The position numbers and the translations under genes are program-made. Below, piece by piece: positions 36,954-47,430 of a stretch of 64,000 bases of DNA; within the stretch, counting starts at the first letter, position 1, and every line of letters begins with the position of its first letter. The stretch covers positions 3,333-67,332 of IMG/VR virus record IMGVR_UViG_2791355125_000001; one strand, 5' to 3'. The stretch comes from a virus (Duplodnaviria > Caudoviricetes). Below the pieces are notes generated by a model that made no database searches, was not told the DNA's origin, and worked only from the letters and a program-made list of their open reading frames with translations.

Positions 36954-37414
36954 CCAACGTCATTGCGTTTCAGCCGAGGCCAGCGCCCATCGGCGCCACT
37001 GACCTTGTGTCCAGCTTGAAGTACCAGCGCGATGCTTCCGGATCGGCGAGGAAGGCCGTGGCCGGCGCTAGGTCGCTCGATACCTGCCTTCGTTACTATG
37101 CCGAATGGCTCCGCCGCTACTACGGCGTCAACGGTGCTGTGAGCAGCGCCTGGCTGGCACTCGACAAGCAAGTCCGAGTTCACGGCGATGATCTAGACAA
37201 CGACCGGCTCGACGAGATCGTTGATCACCTAGCCAACGTCGAGAAGCACGTTAAGGGGCCTCTGCCCTGGCTGTCACTGCCAAACTTCGCAGAATTCAAA
37301 GCCGTCGCCGTGAACTCATTGGACCAAGTGACCCGCGAGATCGACGGCTCGATAGCCGTCGCCAGCGCGATCGGCAAGCCCGCCCACCATCAGAATCCGA
37401 GAGGTGCAGCATGA
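36950..37414 (+). CDS. Hypothetical protein
   Basis: ATGA-coupled chain. Confidence 0.65.
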   Translation: MTNVIAFQPRPAPIGATDLVSSLKYQRDASGSARKAVAGARSLDTCLRYYAEWLRRYYGVNGAVSSAWLALDKQVRVHGDDLDNDRLDEIVDHLANVEKHVKGPLPWLSLPNFAEFKAVAVNSLDQVTREIDGSIAVASAIGKPAHHQNPRGAA

Positions 37415-38310
37415 CCGAACTGTCAAACTCGCTCGCCGACCTGGCTGAGCGCATCAAGGAAACTACCGCAACACTCGCCGCGGCGGAGCGAACCACCATA
37501 GAAGCCGCGTATGATGCCGGGCTGTTGCTTTGCCAGGCCAAAGAACAATGTGCGCACGGCGAGTGGTTGCCATTTCTCGATCGTGCTGGGTTGAAGGCTC
37601 GGCAGGCACAGCGGCTCATGCAAATAGCGAGCGCAGGTCTCGATAAACGACACGTGTCGCTTATTGGTGGGATCAGGGCCGCGCTTGACTACATAGGAAA
37701 TCTGCAGCTCCCACCGAAGGGAGACATTCTCTATGTTGGCCGTCGCGAACGGCAGGAACGCGATCTCACCGGCGCGTGGGTCCAGCATTCAAACGACCAT
37801 CCAGGCTATTTCGATGTCACGGCAATCCGCGCCGATGGATCGTGTGTGAGCACGAGCAAGCCAGCCAAGGGCGAGACTATTCGCTGTCAGGACGGGTTCT
37901 TCAATGGCGTTTGGGTCACGCTGGAAATGGTGCTCGACATACCCCACGAGGACCGAGATTTCCTGTGTTTGCCCTCAGATGTCATTGAAAAGGGAGATGA
38001 TTGCCCATTCCTAGACGGGATGCAGATGCTGGAGCCGGGTGCATATCCGGCTATACAAACGTCGCCGCTACCGCTGAGCTACGTTAGGGCATGTGAGGCC
38101 GTCTCGTTGTGCGAGGCGGAACTGACCGAGGCCAACATCAAGAACATGCAACGGGCGCTCACGATCTGCGCCCATCGCATGAAGACATGGCCGGAGGATG
38201 ATATTCGAATGCTCGGCACATGGGCTCGGATCGCAGATGATCGCCTGTCCGATCGTGTCGGCCGGATCGAAGCCATTGCGAAGGTCAAGTACGGGAGGAT
38301 GCCGGCATGA
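37411..38310 (+). CDS. DUF3102-domain protein
   Basis: AG.LL.QAK....HGEWLPFL....RQAQRLMQIA. Confidence 0.75.
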   Translation: MTELSNSLADLAERIKETTATLAAAERTTIEAAYDAGLLLCQAKEQCAHGEWLPFLDRAGLKARQAQRLMQIASAGLDKRHVSLIGGIRAALDYIGNLQLPPKGDILYVGRRERQERDLTGAWVQHSNDHPGYFDVTAIRADGSCVSTSKPAKGETIRCQDGFFNGVWVTLEMVLDIPHEDRDFLCLPSDVIEKGDDCPFLDGMQMLEPGAYPAIQTSPLPLSYVRACEAVSLCEAELTEANIKNMQRALTICAHRMKTWPEDDIRMLGTWARIADDRLSDRVGRIEAIAKVKYGRMPA

Positions 38311-38723
38311 ATGTCCTTCCGATGGGCACCGACAAGTTTCAAGTGGCTGATGACAGCGGGCATTTCGTGGCTGGGCCGTTCGACACGAATTCGCAGGCCT
38401 GGCAGTTCATCGACGGCCTAACCGACGAGGACCGCGCGCTTCGAAAGAAGCCACGGCCGTTGCCGAGGACCAAGACCAAGACCAGTATCAAGACCAAATC
38501 CAAATCCAAGACCGTCGGCAAGCCGTCCAGGAAAGCCGTGAAGCAGATGAAGAGGGCCGCGGCCAAGGCACCGGGTTGGGTGCGCAAGATCGCGGCTGCT
38601 CATTACGATCCATTGGCAACGCGCGCGTATCAGGATTCGAAGTTCGGCAAGTTGGGCGGAGCATCGCCAGTCCGCCGTATAGATCCGGCCGAATATCTGG
38701 CAGAAAAGGCGCAATCCAAGTGA
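38307..38723 (+). CDS. Basic hypothetical protein
   Basis: Coupled ORF, Lys/Arg-rich. Confidence 0.65.
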   Translation: MNVLPMGTDKFQVADDSGHFVAGPFDTNSQAWQFIDGLTDEDRALRKKPRPLPRTKTKTSIKTKSKSKTVGKPSRKAVKQMKRAAAKAPGWVRKIAAAHYDPLATRAYQDSKFGKLGGASPVRRIDPAEYLAEKAQSK

Positions 38724-38759
38724 GCGCACTAAGGCCACCATATTTCAGATGAGGTGAGC

Positions 38760-39185
38760 GTGAGCCGACCCAAGGGCCAACTCGACGCAATTCTGGACGG
38801 GCTCGGCATCCGGCTGGTGCCGATCTACCGCCGACGGGCGGCAGCACAGAGCCATGCCCGCGGCACCATGCATGAGATTCGCAACCAATATGGCGATGGG
38901 CACCTGATCTTCGTGCTCCGCTGCATCAAGCAGACCAAGAACAATCGGGATGAGCTCTGGTCGGAGACGATCGGCGCCATATCCGACATTCTGATCCAAC
39001 GGCCGGATTGGGCACTGGAACGCGCCGGCGATGTGCTGGAAGCATTCGACCAGATACCGCTCGGTGTTTTGCGTGGGAAAGCCGTAGCCCGTCGCCCCTG
39101 GCCGGTGCGCGGCTCCCTGCGAATTCTTATCTACGAGAGCCTTGAACCCATCCTCGATGAACCGGAGCAACGCCTTGCAGTATGA
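38760..39185 (+). CDS. Hypothetical phage protein
   Basis: GAGG SD with GTG start. Confidence 0.7.
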   Translation: MSRPKGQLDAILDGLGIRLVPIYRRRAAAQSHARGTMHEIRNQYGDGHLIFVLRCIKQTKNNRDELWSETIGAISDILIQRPDWALERAGDVLEAFDQIPLGVLRGKAVARRPWPVRGSLRILIYESLEPILDEPEQRLAV

Positions 39186-39798
39186 TTATACGGAAGCCGC
39201 GGCGCTCGCCGATCTGATCACCATCGTGAAGGCCCGCTTCATTGAGGCGGCCGACACCATCGCACACATGGACGTCCGGCAGTTACGACCGGCAAAGGTC
39301 CGCTCTCTGTGGCCGGCGCTGCAGATCGAGACCGTAGGCGTCGGTGGCCATCATCCCGGGTATGGCATCAACGGCAACCATGTGCCTTACCGCCCATCCA
39401 GCAAGGCCATATCGCGCGCCGAGGAAGTGATGTACGGTTGGTTGATCGACTATGCCGGGGATGATGAGAGCCGCATCCTGCTCGGCAACTGGGCGATGTG
39501 CATGGCGGCGCCGCGTCTGACTGGATCATTCCGCCAGTTCTGCAAGAAAACGGGCCGTTCGCGTAGTACGGCAGAGCGCCGTCTAGACGTTGCATTCGAA
39601 CGCGTTGCGCGCCAAATCCTTAAAAATGCTCAATCGTTACAAGGCCCTAGCTGGTCTAGGGTGGTGCCAATGATGCCAAATCAGCGTATAGATTTGGATA
39701 ACCTGGCCACAGTTACACACTGGATGGCCGACGACGCCAAGCCCACCCACCGGCAGGACATGTTGGAGCCTTTGCCGAGTGTGCGAAGGGCTGCATAG
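39175..39798 (+). CDS. Probable late transcription regulator (DUF6362-like)
   Basis: Last early gene; RFIEAADT, PSSKAISRAEEVM.GWL, C-terminal HTH-like segment. Confidence 0.65.
   Translation: MQYDYTEAAALADLITIVKARFIEAADTIAHMDVRQLRPAKVRSLWPALQIETVGVGGHHPGYGINGNHVPYRPSSKAISRAEEVMYGWLIDYAGDDESRILLGNWAMCMAAPRLTGSFRQFCKKTGRSRSTAERRLDVAFERVARQILKNAQSLQGPSWSRVVPMMPNQRIDLDNLATVTHWMADDAKPTHRQDMLEPLPSVRRAA
39664..39693 (+). promoter_or_regulatory. Candidate late promoter inside the regulator gene
   Basis: GTGCCA-N17-TATAGA; same motif and spacing kept in the prophage L remnant. Confidence 0.5.
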
Positions 39799-39860
39799 AG
39801 ATCACCTGGGCAAGATGCGCGAACGGCCAGCCGTTGCGCGCACCTCGCTCCAGATAGATG

Positions 39861-40091
39861 TTAGAGCGTCTGCGCAGATGCGTAAGCCTGTAGTGCTACG
39901 CCAGCCGCAGCGAGCACCGCGGCTGCCATGTTTGCGTATGCAGCAAATTTTTGGCGGCGAACAAGGTACGCCGGAAGGCTGTCCCAATAACTCTCTTTGA
40001 TGATTGGCGAAACGACAGCCGCTACCACCCAAGCAAGCGCCGACAGTGAAAGCGCAATAATGGAAAGATACGTGGCCAAGTATGCAGTCAT
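39861..40091 (-). CDS. Two-TM membrane protein (moron)
   Basis: GGGAG SD; two hydrophobic helices; antisense to the operon. Confidence 0.6.
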   Translation of the reverse strand: MTAYLATYLSIIALSLSALAWVVAAVVSPIIKESYWDSLPAYLVRRQKFAAYANMAAAVLAAAGVALQAYASAQTL

Positions 40092-40241
40092 TGGGTTCTC
40101 CCTCAGTTTGGTGAAGCACTGTTGAGCATCAGTCCTCCTAACAGAGGGTTTACAATCCGGCATCTGACAAATCTCAGTTGCCTAGCGTTACATGACGAAG
40201 GCCAGCAGCCGGCCCCAATGGGCGTCGAGTAGGGCAAACCA

Positions 40242-40511
40242 TCAGGGCGGCGGACGGACGTTGGCTGCAATTGACGCATCGATAGCGTTAACCGCGCTGG
40301 CGAAATCGGCGAACTCTGACAATTCCAGCCTGTAGTATTGATACTCGCCCGATGCGAAGCCCGCGAGCACTACATAGTGTTTACCGTACCCATCGCGCTT
40401 CAGACGCAGCGACAAGGTGAGCCCACTGGATACTGGTATGTCAATCTGACTGACAAGGGTCCCGGTGAAGGCCATCTTCAATGGCGAAAAAAATGTCGAA
40501 AACAACCCCAT
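40242..40511 (-). CDS. Hypothetical protein (moron)
   Basis: 89 aa, lower GC, antisense. Confidence 0.6.
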   Translation of the reverse strand: MGLFSTFFSPLKMAFTGTLVSQIDIPVSSGLTLSLRLKRDGYGKHYVVLAGFASGEYQYYRLELSEFADFASAVNAIDASIAANVRPPP

Positions 40512-40644
40512 TTGGGTCCCCGCCTCCGATTTGCGCCGACAACATCACACCAACGCGGACAGCCGGCAAGATGCCTAGCAAGCGCCATAATGCCCGTGCG
40601 GCTCAAGCCGGCCATTACCGCAAGCTCTACCGTGACCTGCGCTG

Positions 40645-40965
40645 ATGCCGACCAGACCACCAGTCCACAGGCCACCGGGTACCACAAGCCACCAAGAGCG
40701 CCGCAAGCAGTACGACCAGCTACGCGACACCCAGGAATGGCGCCGCTGGTACAAAACGGCCAGATGGCAGCGCAGACGCGAGGATCAGCTTACAGCGGAG
40801 CCCCTGTGCGCGTTCTGCCTCAAGCTGGGCACCCTGACCCCGGCAACGGTCGCCGACCACGTAGAGCGCCACCACGGCCGATACGAGGCATTCTGGTGCG
40901 GGGCCCTGCAGTCGCTCTGCACCCCATGCCATTCGAGCGAGAAGCAGCGGGACGAGAACCGATAG
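40645..40965 (+). CDS. Terminase-associated HNH endonuclease
   Basis: PLCAFC..ATVADH..H..LQSLCTPCHS. Confidence 0.9.
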   Translation: MPTRPPVHRPPGTTSHQERRKQYDQLRDTQEWRRWYKTARWQRRREDQLTAEPLCAFCLKLGTLTPATVADHVERHHGRYEAFWCGALQSLCTPCHSSEKQRDENR

Positions 40966-40993
40966 CCGAACCGATCGGGCCGAGCCTCCTCAA

Positions 40994-41070
40994 GGGGGGG
41001 TGGTCGAAAGTTTAGGGCATCGGGGGGCCAGACCGCCGGGGGGGCAAATTCTCGCCCGTGCAAAATGAAG
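40994..41070 (+). other. Probable cos region
   Basis: G-rich tract between HNH and terS, the usual cos position in HK97-like phages. Confidence 0.5.
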
Positions 41071-41080
41071 GACATTTTTG

Positions 41081-41560
41081 ATGGCCGGCAGGAAACGGAC
41101 GCCGGACCACCTGAAGTTGGTGGCCGGCACAGCGCAGCCTTGCAGGATGAACCCAGACGCGCCGAAGGCCTTGGCAGACTTGCCGGTCGCTCCTGACTGG
41201 CTGTCGACGCGCGCCACCGAGATATTCGACGGCCTGGTCGCCATCGCGAGCCAGATGGGCGTGGCGTCCGCTTCCGACACTGCGATGCTGGCGATGGCCG
41301 CGTCGCGCCTTGAGGAAGTCGAGATCTGCACGGCCCTGATCGAAGACGGTGGCCGGACCTTCGTCAGCAAGGTCGCCTACGACGAGGAAGGCCGCGTCAA
41401 GAGCCAGCAGATCAAGGGCCATCCCGTTGTCGCCCAGCGCAGCGAGGCAATGCGTCACGCTCAATCGCTACTGGTAGAGTTCGGCCTGTCGCCGGCTGCA
41501 CGGTCAAAGGTGTCGGCAAATGTCCCGGACGAGCAAAACCCGTTTGCCGCGCTCGGGTGA
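41081..41560 (+). CDS. terS: Terminase small subunit (P27 family)
   Basis: GRKRTP.HLK, PDWLS, HP.V, EFGLSPAARSKV. Confidence 0.92.
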   Translation: MAGRKRTPDHLKLVAGTAQPCRMNPDAPKALADLPVAPDWLSTRATEIFDGLVAIASQMGVASASDTAMLAMAASRLEEVEICTALIEDGGRTFVSKVAYDEEGRVKSQQIKGHPVVAQRSEAMRHAQSLLVEFGLSPAARSKVSANVPDEQNPFAALG

Positions 41561-43226
41561 GTTCCCGCACGTCGAATCTGGCAATCGGTACGCGAAGGAC
41601 GTTGTTCAGGGGAAGATACCAGCCTGCAAGTGGGTGCTGTTAGCCTGCAAGCGTCACCTCGACGACCTCGCGGCGAGCAAGGATAAGGCCTACCCGTACC
41701 GCTTCGACGCGAAGGTGGCGGAGAAGTGGTGCAAGTTCATCGAGCTACTGCCTCACACAAAGGGCGAGTGGGCCAGGAAGAAGGAGCGGCTACGGCTCGA
41801 GCCGTGGCAATGCTTCAAGACCATCGCCATCTTCGGCTGGCTGCGTAAGCAGGACGGGCTAAGGCGCTTCCGCAAGGCGCTGCTCCTCGAGCCGAGGAAG
41901 AACGCCAAATCGACCTGGGCGGCCTCCGTCGGCCTCGGCATGATGACGATAGACGGCGAGCACGGCGCCGAGGTCTACTCCGGCGCAACAACCGAGAAGC
42001 AGGCGTTGGAGGTGTTCGGGCCGGCGCGGCTGATGGCGGTTAAGTCGCCGGGCCTGCTGTCGCATTTCGGCGTGACAGTGAACGCCAAGAACATTCACCG
42101 AATGGGCGACGGCTCCAAGTTCGAGCCGATGATCGGCGATCCGGGTGATGGCGCCTCGCCGTCATGCGCCATCGTCGACGAATACCATGAGCATGCGACT
42201 GACCGGATGGTCGACACGATGGAAACGGGCATGGGTGCCCGCGAGCATCCGTTACTGCTCATCATCACGACGGCCGGCGACAATCTGGCCGGGCCATGCT
42301 TCGCCGCGGTGCAGGAGGCCGAGAAGGTGCTGGACGGCCTCGTCCAGAATGACGAGCTATTCGCGCTGATCTACACGGTCGACAAAGACGACGACTGGTC
42401 GAGCGATCTGGCGCTGCGCAAGGCAAACCCCAACTACGACGTGAGCGTCAAGGGCGAGTTCCTTCGCGCACGGCAGCGCGACGCCAAGCAGAACCCGCGC
42501 AAGCTCGGCGTGTTCAAGACCAAGCACCTCAATATGTGGGTGCAGGCACGGAACGCCTACTTCGACGTGCAAAGGTGGCGCGAAAGTGCCGATCCACGCC
42601 TGAAACTGGAGGATTTCCGGGGTAAACCGTGCCGGATCGGCCTGGACCTTGCCTCAACCATCGACATCGCCGCGATGGAGCTCACCTTCGAGCATGAAGG
42701 CGGCTATGCGCGCTTTGGGCGGTACTACCTGCCCGAGGCGACCATCGAACTTCCGGAGAACGGCCACTATCGCGGCTGGCGAGATGCGCCGGAAGGCTGG
42801 ATCACCCAGACCGATGGCGACATGATCGACTACGTCACGATCCGGGACGACATTCTCGGCCTGCGTGACGACGGATACCTGATCGAGGAAGTCGCCTTCG
42901 ATCCGCATCAGGCTTACATGATGATGGCCGAACTACGCGACGAGGGCTTGGCCACCATCGAGGTTAGGCCGCTGGTCCTCAACTTCTCGCCGGCAATGAA
43001 GCAGATGGACGGCCTGATCCGGTCACGGAAGATCGTCCACAACGGCGATCCTGTCTTTCACTGGATGCTGGCGAACGTGGTCGCGAAGACCGACGCGAAG
43101 GACAACGTCTATCCCCGCAAGGATCGGCCGGAGAACAAGATCGACGGCCCGATCGCCCACATGATGGCGCTGGCGCGGTGGATGGCTACCGAAGAACCGG
43201 CGCGGCCGGCAGTGGAGGTTCTATGA
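41520..43226 (+). CDS. terL: Terminase large subunit
   Basis: LEPWQ, PRKNAKS, IVDEYHE, ITTAG, GLDLAS, KIDG. Confidence 0.95.
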   Translation: MSRTSKTRLPRSGEFPHVESGNRYAKDVVQGKIPACKWVLLACKRHLDDLAASKDKAYPYRFDAKVAEKWCKFIELLPHTKGEWARKKERLRLEPWQCFKTIAIFGWLRKQDGLRRFRKALLLEPRKNAKSTWAASVGLGMMTIDGEHGAEVYSGATTEKQALEVFGPARLMAVKSPGLLSHFGVTVNAKNIHRMGDGSKFEPMIGDPGDGASPSCAIVDEYHEHATDRMVDTMETGMGAREHPLLLIITTAGDNLAGPCFAAVQEAEKVLDGLVQNDELFALIYTVDKDDDWSSDLALRKANPNYDVSVKGEFLRARQRDAKQNPRKLGVFKTKHLNMWVQARNAYFDVQRWRESADPRLKLEDFRGKPCRIGLDLASTIDIAAMELTFEHEGGYARFGRYYLPEATIELPENGHYRGWRDAPEGWITQTDGDMIDYVTIRDDILGLRDDGYLIEEVAFDPHQAYMMMAELRDEGLATIEVRPLVLNFSPAMKQMDGLIRSRKIVHNGDPVFHWMLANVVAKTDAKDNVYPRKDRPENKIDGPIAHMMALARWMATEEPARPAVEVL

Positions 43227-44536
43227 ACAGTTGGCGCGAGCGCCTCGCCGGATGGATCGCTGGGCGCGAGGCCACCGAACCCATGCTCGACAAGGCTGCC
43301 GAACCGGTGTTTGCACAGGCTGGTGACAAGCAGGTTCCGCTGTCCACCATCACCCGCGATTCATCGTCCTGGGCGGATTTGGTCGAGGGCATCGGCAAGC
43401 TTCCGGCGCCAACGGAACGTACCGCTCTCTCCGTGTCGGCGATCCATGCCTGTGTCAACCTGATCGCAGGCGCGGTCTCGGCCCTGCCGGTGAACATCTA
43501 CCGCGTTGACGCTGAGAACGGCGAGCGCGATCGTATCCACAACGACGCGCTGCATTGGGTGTTCAACGAGCAGATGACGCCGCGTTGGGCTGCGGCGAGC
43601 GGCTGGGAATTCATGGTTCAGTCGTTGCTTCTGCACGGCGACGGATTCGCGATCATCAACAGAAAGCCGGGCGGCGGTATCGATGGCTTGACGCCTATCC
43701 ATCCACAGCGCGTGACCGTCGCTGTCTGGCCGGACGGCTCTAGGCTGGTCTATGCCGTTTCGCCGGAGATCCCGGGCCAAACCAAGGGCGACTTCCAGGT
43801 CGTCGACCAGGACGACATGCTGCATGTGCCCGGGTTCGGCTTCAACGGGATCCGCGGATTGTCGCCGCTGCGCTATGCGCTGCGTTTGACCGGTGCTTCG
43901 GCCATCGCGGCGCAGGAGTTCTCGGCCAACTTCTTCGCAAACAGCGCTCGACCGGACTATGCGATTTCGACCGACAAGAACCTGAACGAGCAGCAGAAGC
44001 AGGATCTGCGCGACGAGATCGACCGTCTCCATCAGGGAATGGCGAACTCTCACCGTCCGATGCTTCTCCAAGGTGGCCTGCAGTTCAAGGCGATCACCAT
44101 GTCCATGAAGGACCTGGAGATCATCGCCCAGCGCCAGTTCCAGACCGAGGAGATCGCCCGCATCTACGGCGTGCCACCGTTCATGATCGGGCACAACGAG
44201 AAGACGACAAGCTGGGGATCTGGCGTCGAGGCGATGGCCATCGGCTTCGTGCGCTTCACGCTGCGCCAGCACCTGGTCAAGTTCGAGACCGAGATAAACC
44301 GGAAGCTCTTCCGCACCGCCAGCCGCGTTGCCGAGTTCGACACGTCGGATCTCGAACGCGCCGACATGAAGTCGCTGTTTGAATCGCTGCGCATCGCCGT
44401 CGGTCGCGCTGGCGAACCGCAGATCATGTCGCAGAACGAGGCTCGCCAGGTGCTGCGCCTCAAGCGTCACCAGAACGGCAACAATCTTGGCGTCAACCCG
44501 GGCAAGTCGCCCGCGCAACCGCAGGAACCAGCATAA
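43223..44536 (+). CDS. Portal protein, HK97 family
   Basis: LLLHGDG, GLSPL, EIARIYGVPP, NEAR. Confidence 0.95.
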   Translation: MNSWRERLAGWIAGREATEPMLDKAAEPVFAQAGDKQVPLSTITRDSSSWADLVEGIGKLPAPTERTALSVSAIHACVNLIAGAVSALPVNIYRVDAENGERDRIHNDALHWVFNEQMTPRWAAASGWEFMVQSLLLHGDGFAIINRKPGGGIDGLTPIHPQRVTVAVWPDGSRLVYAVSPEIPGQTKGDFQVVDQDDMLHVPGFGFNGIRGLSPLRYALRLTGASAIAAQEFSANFFANSARPDYAISTDKNLNEQQKQDLRDEIDRLHQGMANSHRPMLLQGGLQFKAITMSMKDLEIIAQRQFQTEEIARIYGVPPFMIGHNEKTTSWGSGVEAMAIGFVRFTLRQHLVKFETEINRKLFRTASRVAEFDTSDLERADMKSLFESLRIAVGRAGEPQIMSQNEARQVLRLKRHQNGNNLGVNPGKSPAQPQEPA

Positions 44537-45255
44537 TGAACAAGCTCAGGGCGCTCCTTGCCGCTAACCAGAAGCGCGGTTCCTTCCGTGCTGAAGCAAA
44601 CACGATCTACCTCTACGACATGATTGTCGCTGACGAGTTCGAGGCGGAATGGTGGGGCGGTATCTCGCCGGCAGGCTTCATCGCGCAGCTGAAGGCGATG
44701 AAGGGCGACGTCGCGATCCGGATCAACTCGCCGGGCGGCGATGTCTTCGGCGCGGTCGCGATCTGCCAGGCCATGCGCGAATACGATGGCGCCATCACCG
44801 TCCATGTCGACGGTTACGCTGCCTCGGCCGCGTCAGTGATCGCCGTTGCCGCGCCGAAGGTCATCATGGCGCCGGGCTCATTCATGATGATCCACAACGC
44901 CTGGACGGTCGCGATCGGCAACGTCGACGACATGATGGCGACCGCGGAACTGCTCGACAAGGTCGACGGTTCGATCGCCGAATCCTACGCCACCAAGAGC
45001 GGCAAGGAAGCGGCCGTCTTCCGCGATTACATGGCAAAGGAAACGTGGTTCACGGCATCCGAGGCCGTCGATGTCGGCATCGCCGATGCCGTCGCCGAGG
45101 ACAAGCCGAAGGCCACAGCTAAATGGGACATGAGCGCCTTTGCCGCCGCGCCCAAGCTGCCGGAACCGCCGGCAGTCGATAACCAGAACACCGAAGACCA
45201 TGTTTCCCAGCGCGTCCGGCAGCATGCCGCGCGAATGCTGGAACGAGCTGCCTGA
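44536..45255 (+). CDS. ClpP-like prohead protease
   Basis: RINSPGG, AASAAS, MMIHNAW. Confidence 0.93.
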   Translation: MNKLRALLAANQKRGSFRAEANTIYLYDMIVADEFEAEWWGGISPAGFIAQLKAMKGDVAIRINSPGGDVFGAVAICQAMREYDGAITVHVDGYAASAASVIAVAAPKVIMAPGSFMMIHNAWTVAIGNVDDMMATAELLDKVDGSIAESYATKSGKEAAVFRDYMAKETWFTASEAVDVGIADAVAEDKPKATAKWDMSAFAAAPKLPEPPAVDNQNTEDHVSQRVRQHAARMLERAA

Positions 45256-45326
45256 GCGCGCTGCGCTGAGCAGATAGTAGGCCGCACGCGCGGCCGTCCT
45301 CCACAAGCTGAAAGGAACACTAAGCC

Positions 45327-46547
45327 ATGTCTATTCAGGCATTGCGTGAGCAGCGCGCGGCCAAAGCCAAGACGCTGAATGAACTGGTGAACAAGAAGGA
45401 CTGGAATCCCGAGGCCGACCAGCCCGTCTATGACGCCGGCATGGCCGATATCGATGCCCTTGACGCCCAGATCAAGCGCATCACCGATCTGAACGAGAAG
45501 GTCGCCAATGAAGCGCTGAACAACAGCGTGGTCGAAGCTTCCGAGCGTGCCGGCAAAGACAAGAAGTCGCCGGGCGCCCTCGTCTTCGCCAAGTGGCTCC
45601 GCAACGGCGACAAGGCGCTGACGGAAGAGGATTGGGCGACGGTGCGCAACACCATGTCGACCACCACCTCCTCGGAAGGCGGATATACGGTCGCCACCGA
45701 TGTCGCCACCAGCGTGCTCGATGCACTCAAGGCTTACGGCGGCATGCGCGATGTGGCGGAGGTCATCCAGACCGCCGGTGGCAATCCGATGTCGTTCCCC
45801 ACCTCCGACGGCACTTCGGAAGAGGGCGAACTTATCGCCGAAAACGCCTCTGCCTCCGACGCAGACGCTGACTTCGGGACGAAGAGCCTGCCGGTCTTCA
45901 AGTATTCGTCGAAGGTGGTCACGGTGCCGTTCGAGTTGCTGCAGGACAGCAGCGTCGATATCGAGGCTTTCGTGCGCGCTCGCCTCGTTACCAGACTTGG
46001 CCGTGTCACCAACAAGCACTTCACCATCGGCGCCGGCACGACCCAGCCCTTTGGCATCATGATCGCTGCTGCGGTGGGCGTCACCGCGGCCAACAGCTCC
46101 TCGCAGGTGACCGCGATCACCTATGACAGCCTCATCGACCTCCAGCATTCGGTCGATCCGGCCTATCGTGACGGCGGCGCCTGCAAGTGGATGATGAACG
46201 ACGACTCCGTCCGCGTTGTCCGCAAGATCAAGGACGGCCAGTCGCGTCCGATCTTCGTTCCCGGCTACGAGAGCGGCACCCCCGGCGGCGCGCCGGATCG
46301 GCTCCTGGGTGATCCCATTAAGGTCAACCAGCACGTCGCGAAGATGGCAGCCAGCGCGAAGTCGATCGCTTACGGCGACTTCAGTCACTACAAGATCCGC
46401 GATGCGATGGCGATCGAGATGTTCCGCTTCACGGACTCCGCATACACCAAGAAAGGCCAGGTCGGTTTCCTCGCCTGGATGCGCTCGGGCGGCAACTTCG
46501 TCGACGTTGGCGGCGCCGTGAAGGTCTTCGTCAACGCGGCTTCCTAA
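45327..46547 (+). CDS. Major capsid protein, HK97 family
   Basis: GGYTV, ELLQDS, LLG.P, GDFS.Y motifs. Confidence 0.95.
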   Translation: MSIQALREQRAAKAKTLNELVNKKDWNPEADQPVYDAGMADIDALDAQIKRITDLNEKVANEALNNSVVEASERAGKDKKSPGALVFAKWLRNGDKALTEEDWATVRNTMSTTTSSEGGYTVATDVATSVLDALKAYGGMRDVAEVIQTAGGNPMSFPTSDGTSEEGELIAENASASDADADFGTKSLPVFKYSSKVVTVPFELLQDSSVDIEAFVRARLVTRLGRVTNKHFTIGAGTTQPFGIMIAAAVGVTAANSSSQVTAITYDSLIDLQHSVDPAYRDGGACKWMMNDDSVRVVRKIKDGQSRPIFVPGYESGTPGGAPDRLLGDPIKVNQHVAKMAASAKSIAYGDFSHYKIRDAMAIEMFRFTDSAYTKKGQVGFLAWMRSGGNFVDVGGAVKVFVNAAS

Positions 46548-46630
46548 GCCTGCCATGACCATTGCCGGGCTGCCCTCGTGGCCCGGCGATTCCCCATCCG
46601 AAACCCGACAAGCCGAAAAGGATCGCACCC

Positions 46631-46822
46631 ATGAGCGGTGTAAAGAACGATGCTGGCCCTAAGGCCAAGCAGAAGAAGGTGAAGCTGACCGCCTACCTGA
46701 GCGGCAATGGCGACTCCGTCCCGCCGGGCACGGTCATCTCGCTCGACAAGGACGAAGCCGACCGCCTGATTGGCCTCGGTGCAGCCGTCGAGGACACCGA
46801 CGAGGCCGGGGAGCAGGCCTGA
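46631..46822 (+). CDS. Small virion-associated protein
   Basis: PG.VI.L...EADRLIGLGAA motif, after the capsid gene. Confidence 0.65.
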   Translation: MSGVKNDAGPKAKQKKVKLTAYLSGNGDSVPPGTVISLDKDEADRLIGLGAAVEDTDEAGEQA

Positions 46823-46824
46823 CC

Positions 46825-47430
46825 ATGACCGTTCGCGTCATCGTTCCACCTCAACCCATCGTGACGCCGGCGGACATCCCCGGCGCTCACGCGCCCGATG
46901 ACGCGGCGGTTCGTGCCATGATCCAGGCCGTCACCGAAGAGATTGACGGCCCGGATGGCTGGCTCGGCCGTGCGCTCGGCCCGCAGACCTTGGAGATGTC
47001 CGGCCACTTCGGATCTCAGCGCATCCGCCTGCCGTATGTGCCGATCATCGATCTCGTCAGCATCATCACAGTGAGCGAAGACGGCGACGAGGCCCCTGCC
47101 GATCCCGCGACCTATCGGCTGGAAGATGGCGAGGTGGTCGTCTCGCCAGGCGCTACCTGGGTCATCGAGCCCAAGCACCGCATTCGGTACATAGCCGGCT
47201 ACAACGGCTCTGACGAAGGCAAAACCGGCGCGGTGCCGGAGCGCGCTCGGCAGGCAATCATCCTGTCGGTTCAGGACTTGATGCGCGCAAGAACGGTTTC
47301 GCCGATCCTGCGATCCGAAACCGTCGATGGCGTCGGAAGCAAGTCGTTTCTCGATGGCGACAAGCTAACTGCCATCGTCGAGCGGACGTGTGATCGCCTG
47401 CTGTCAACGTTGAGGGTAAACGTCCTATGA
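46825..47430 (+). CDS. Head-tail connector
   Basis: GWLGRALGPQT, IRYIAGY, VPERARQAI. Confidence 0.85.
   Translation: MTVRVIVPPQPIVTPADIPGAHAPDDAAVRAMIQAVTEEIDGPDGWLGRALGPQTLEMSGHFGSQRIRLPYVPIIDLVSIITVSEDGDEAPADPATYRLEDGEVVVSPGATWVIEPKHRIRYIAGYNGSDEGKTGAVPERARQAIILSVQDLMRARTVSPILRSETVDGVGSKSFLDGDKLTAIVERTCDRLLSTLRVNVL

Noticed and set aside
38468-38512. ACCAAG-like repeats
   Set aside because: Explained by a low-complexity TKTKSK peptide
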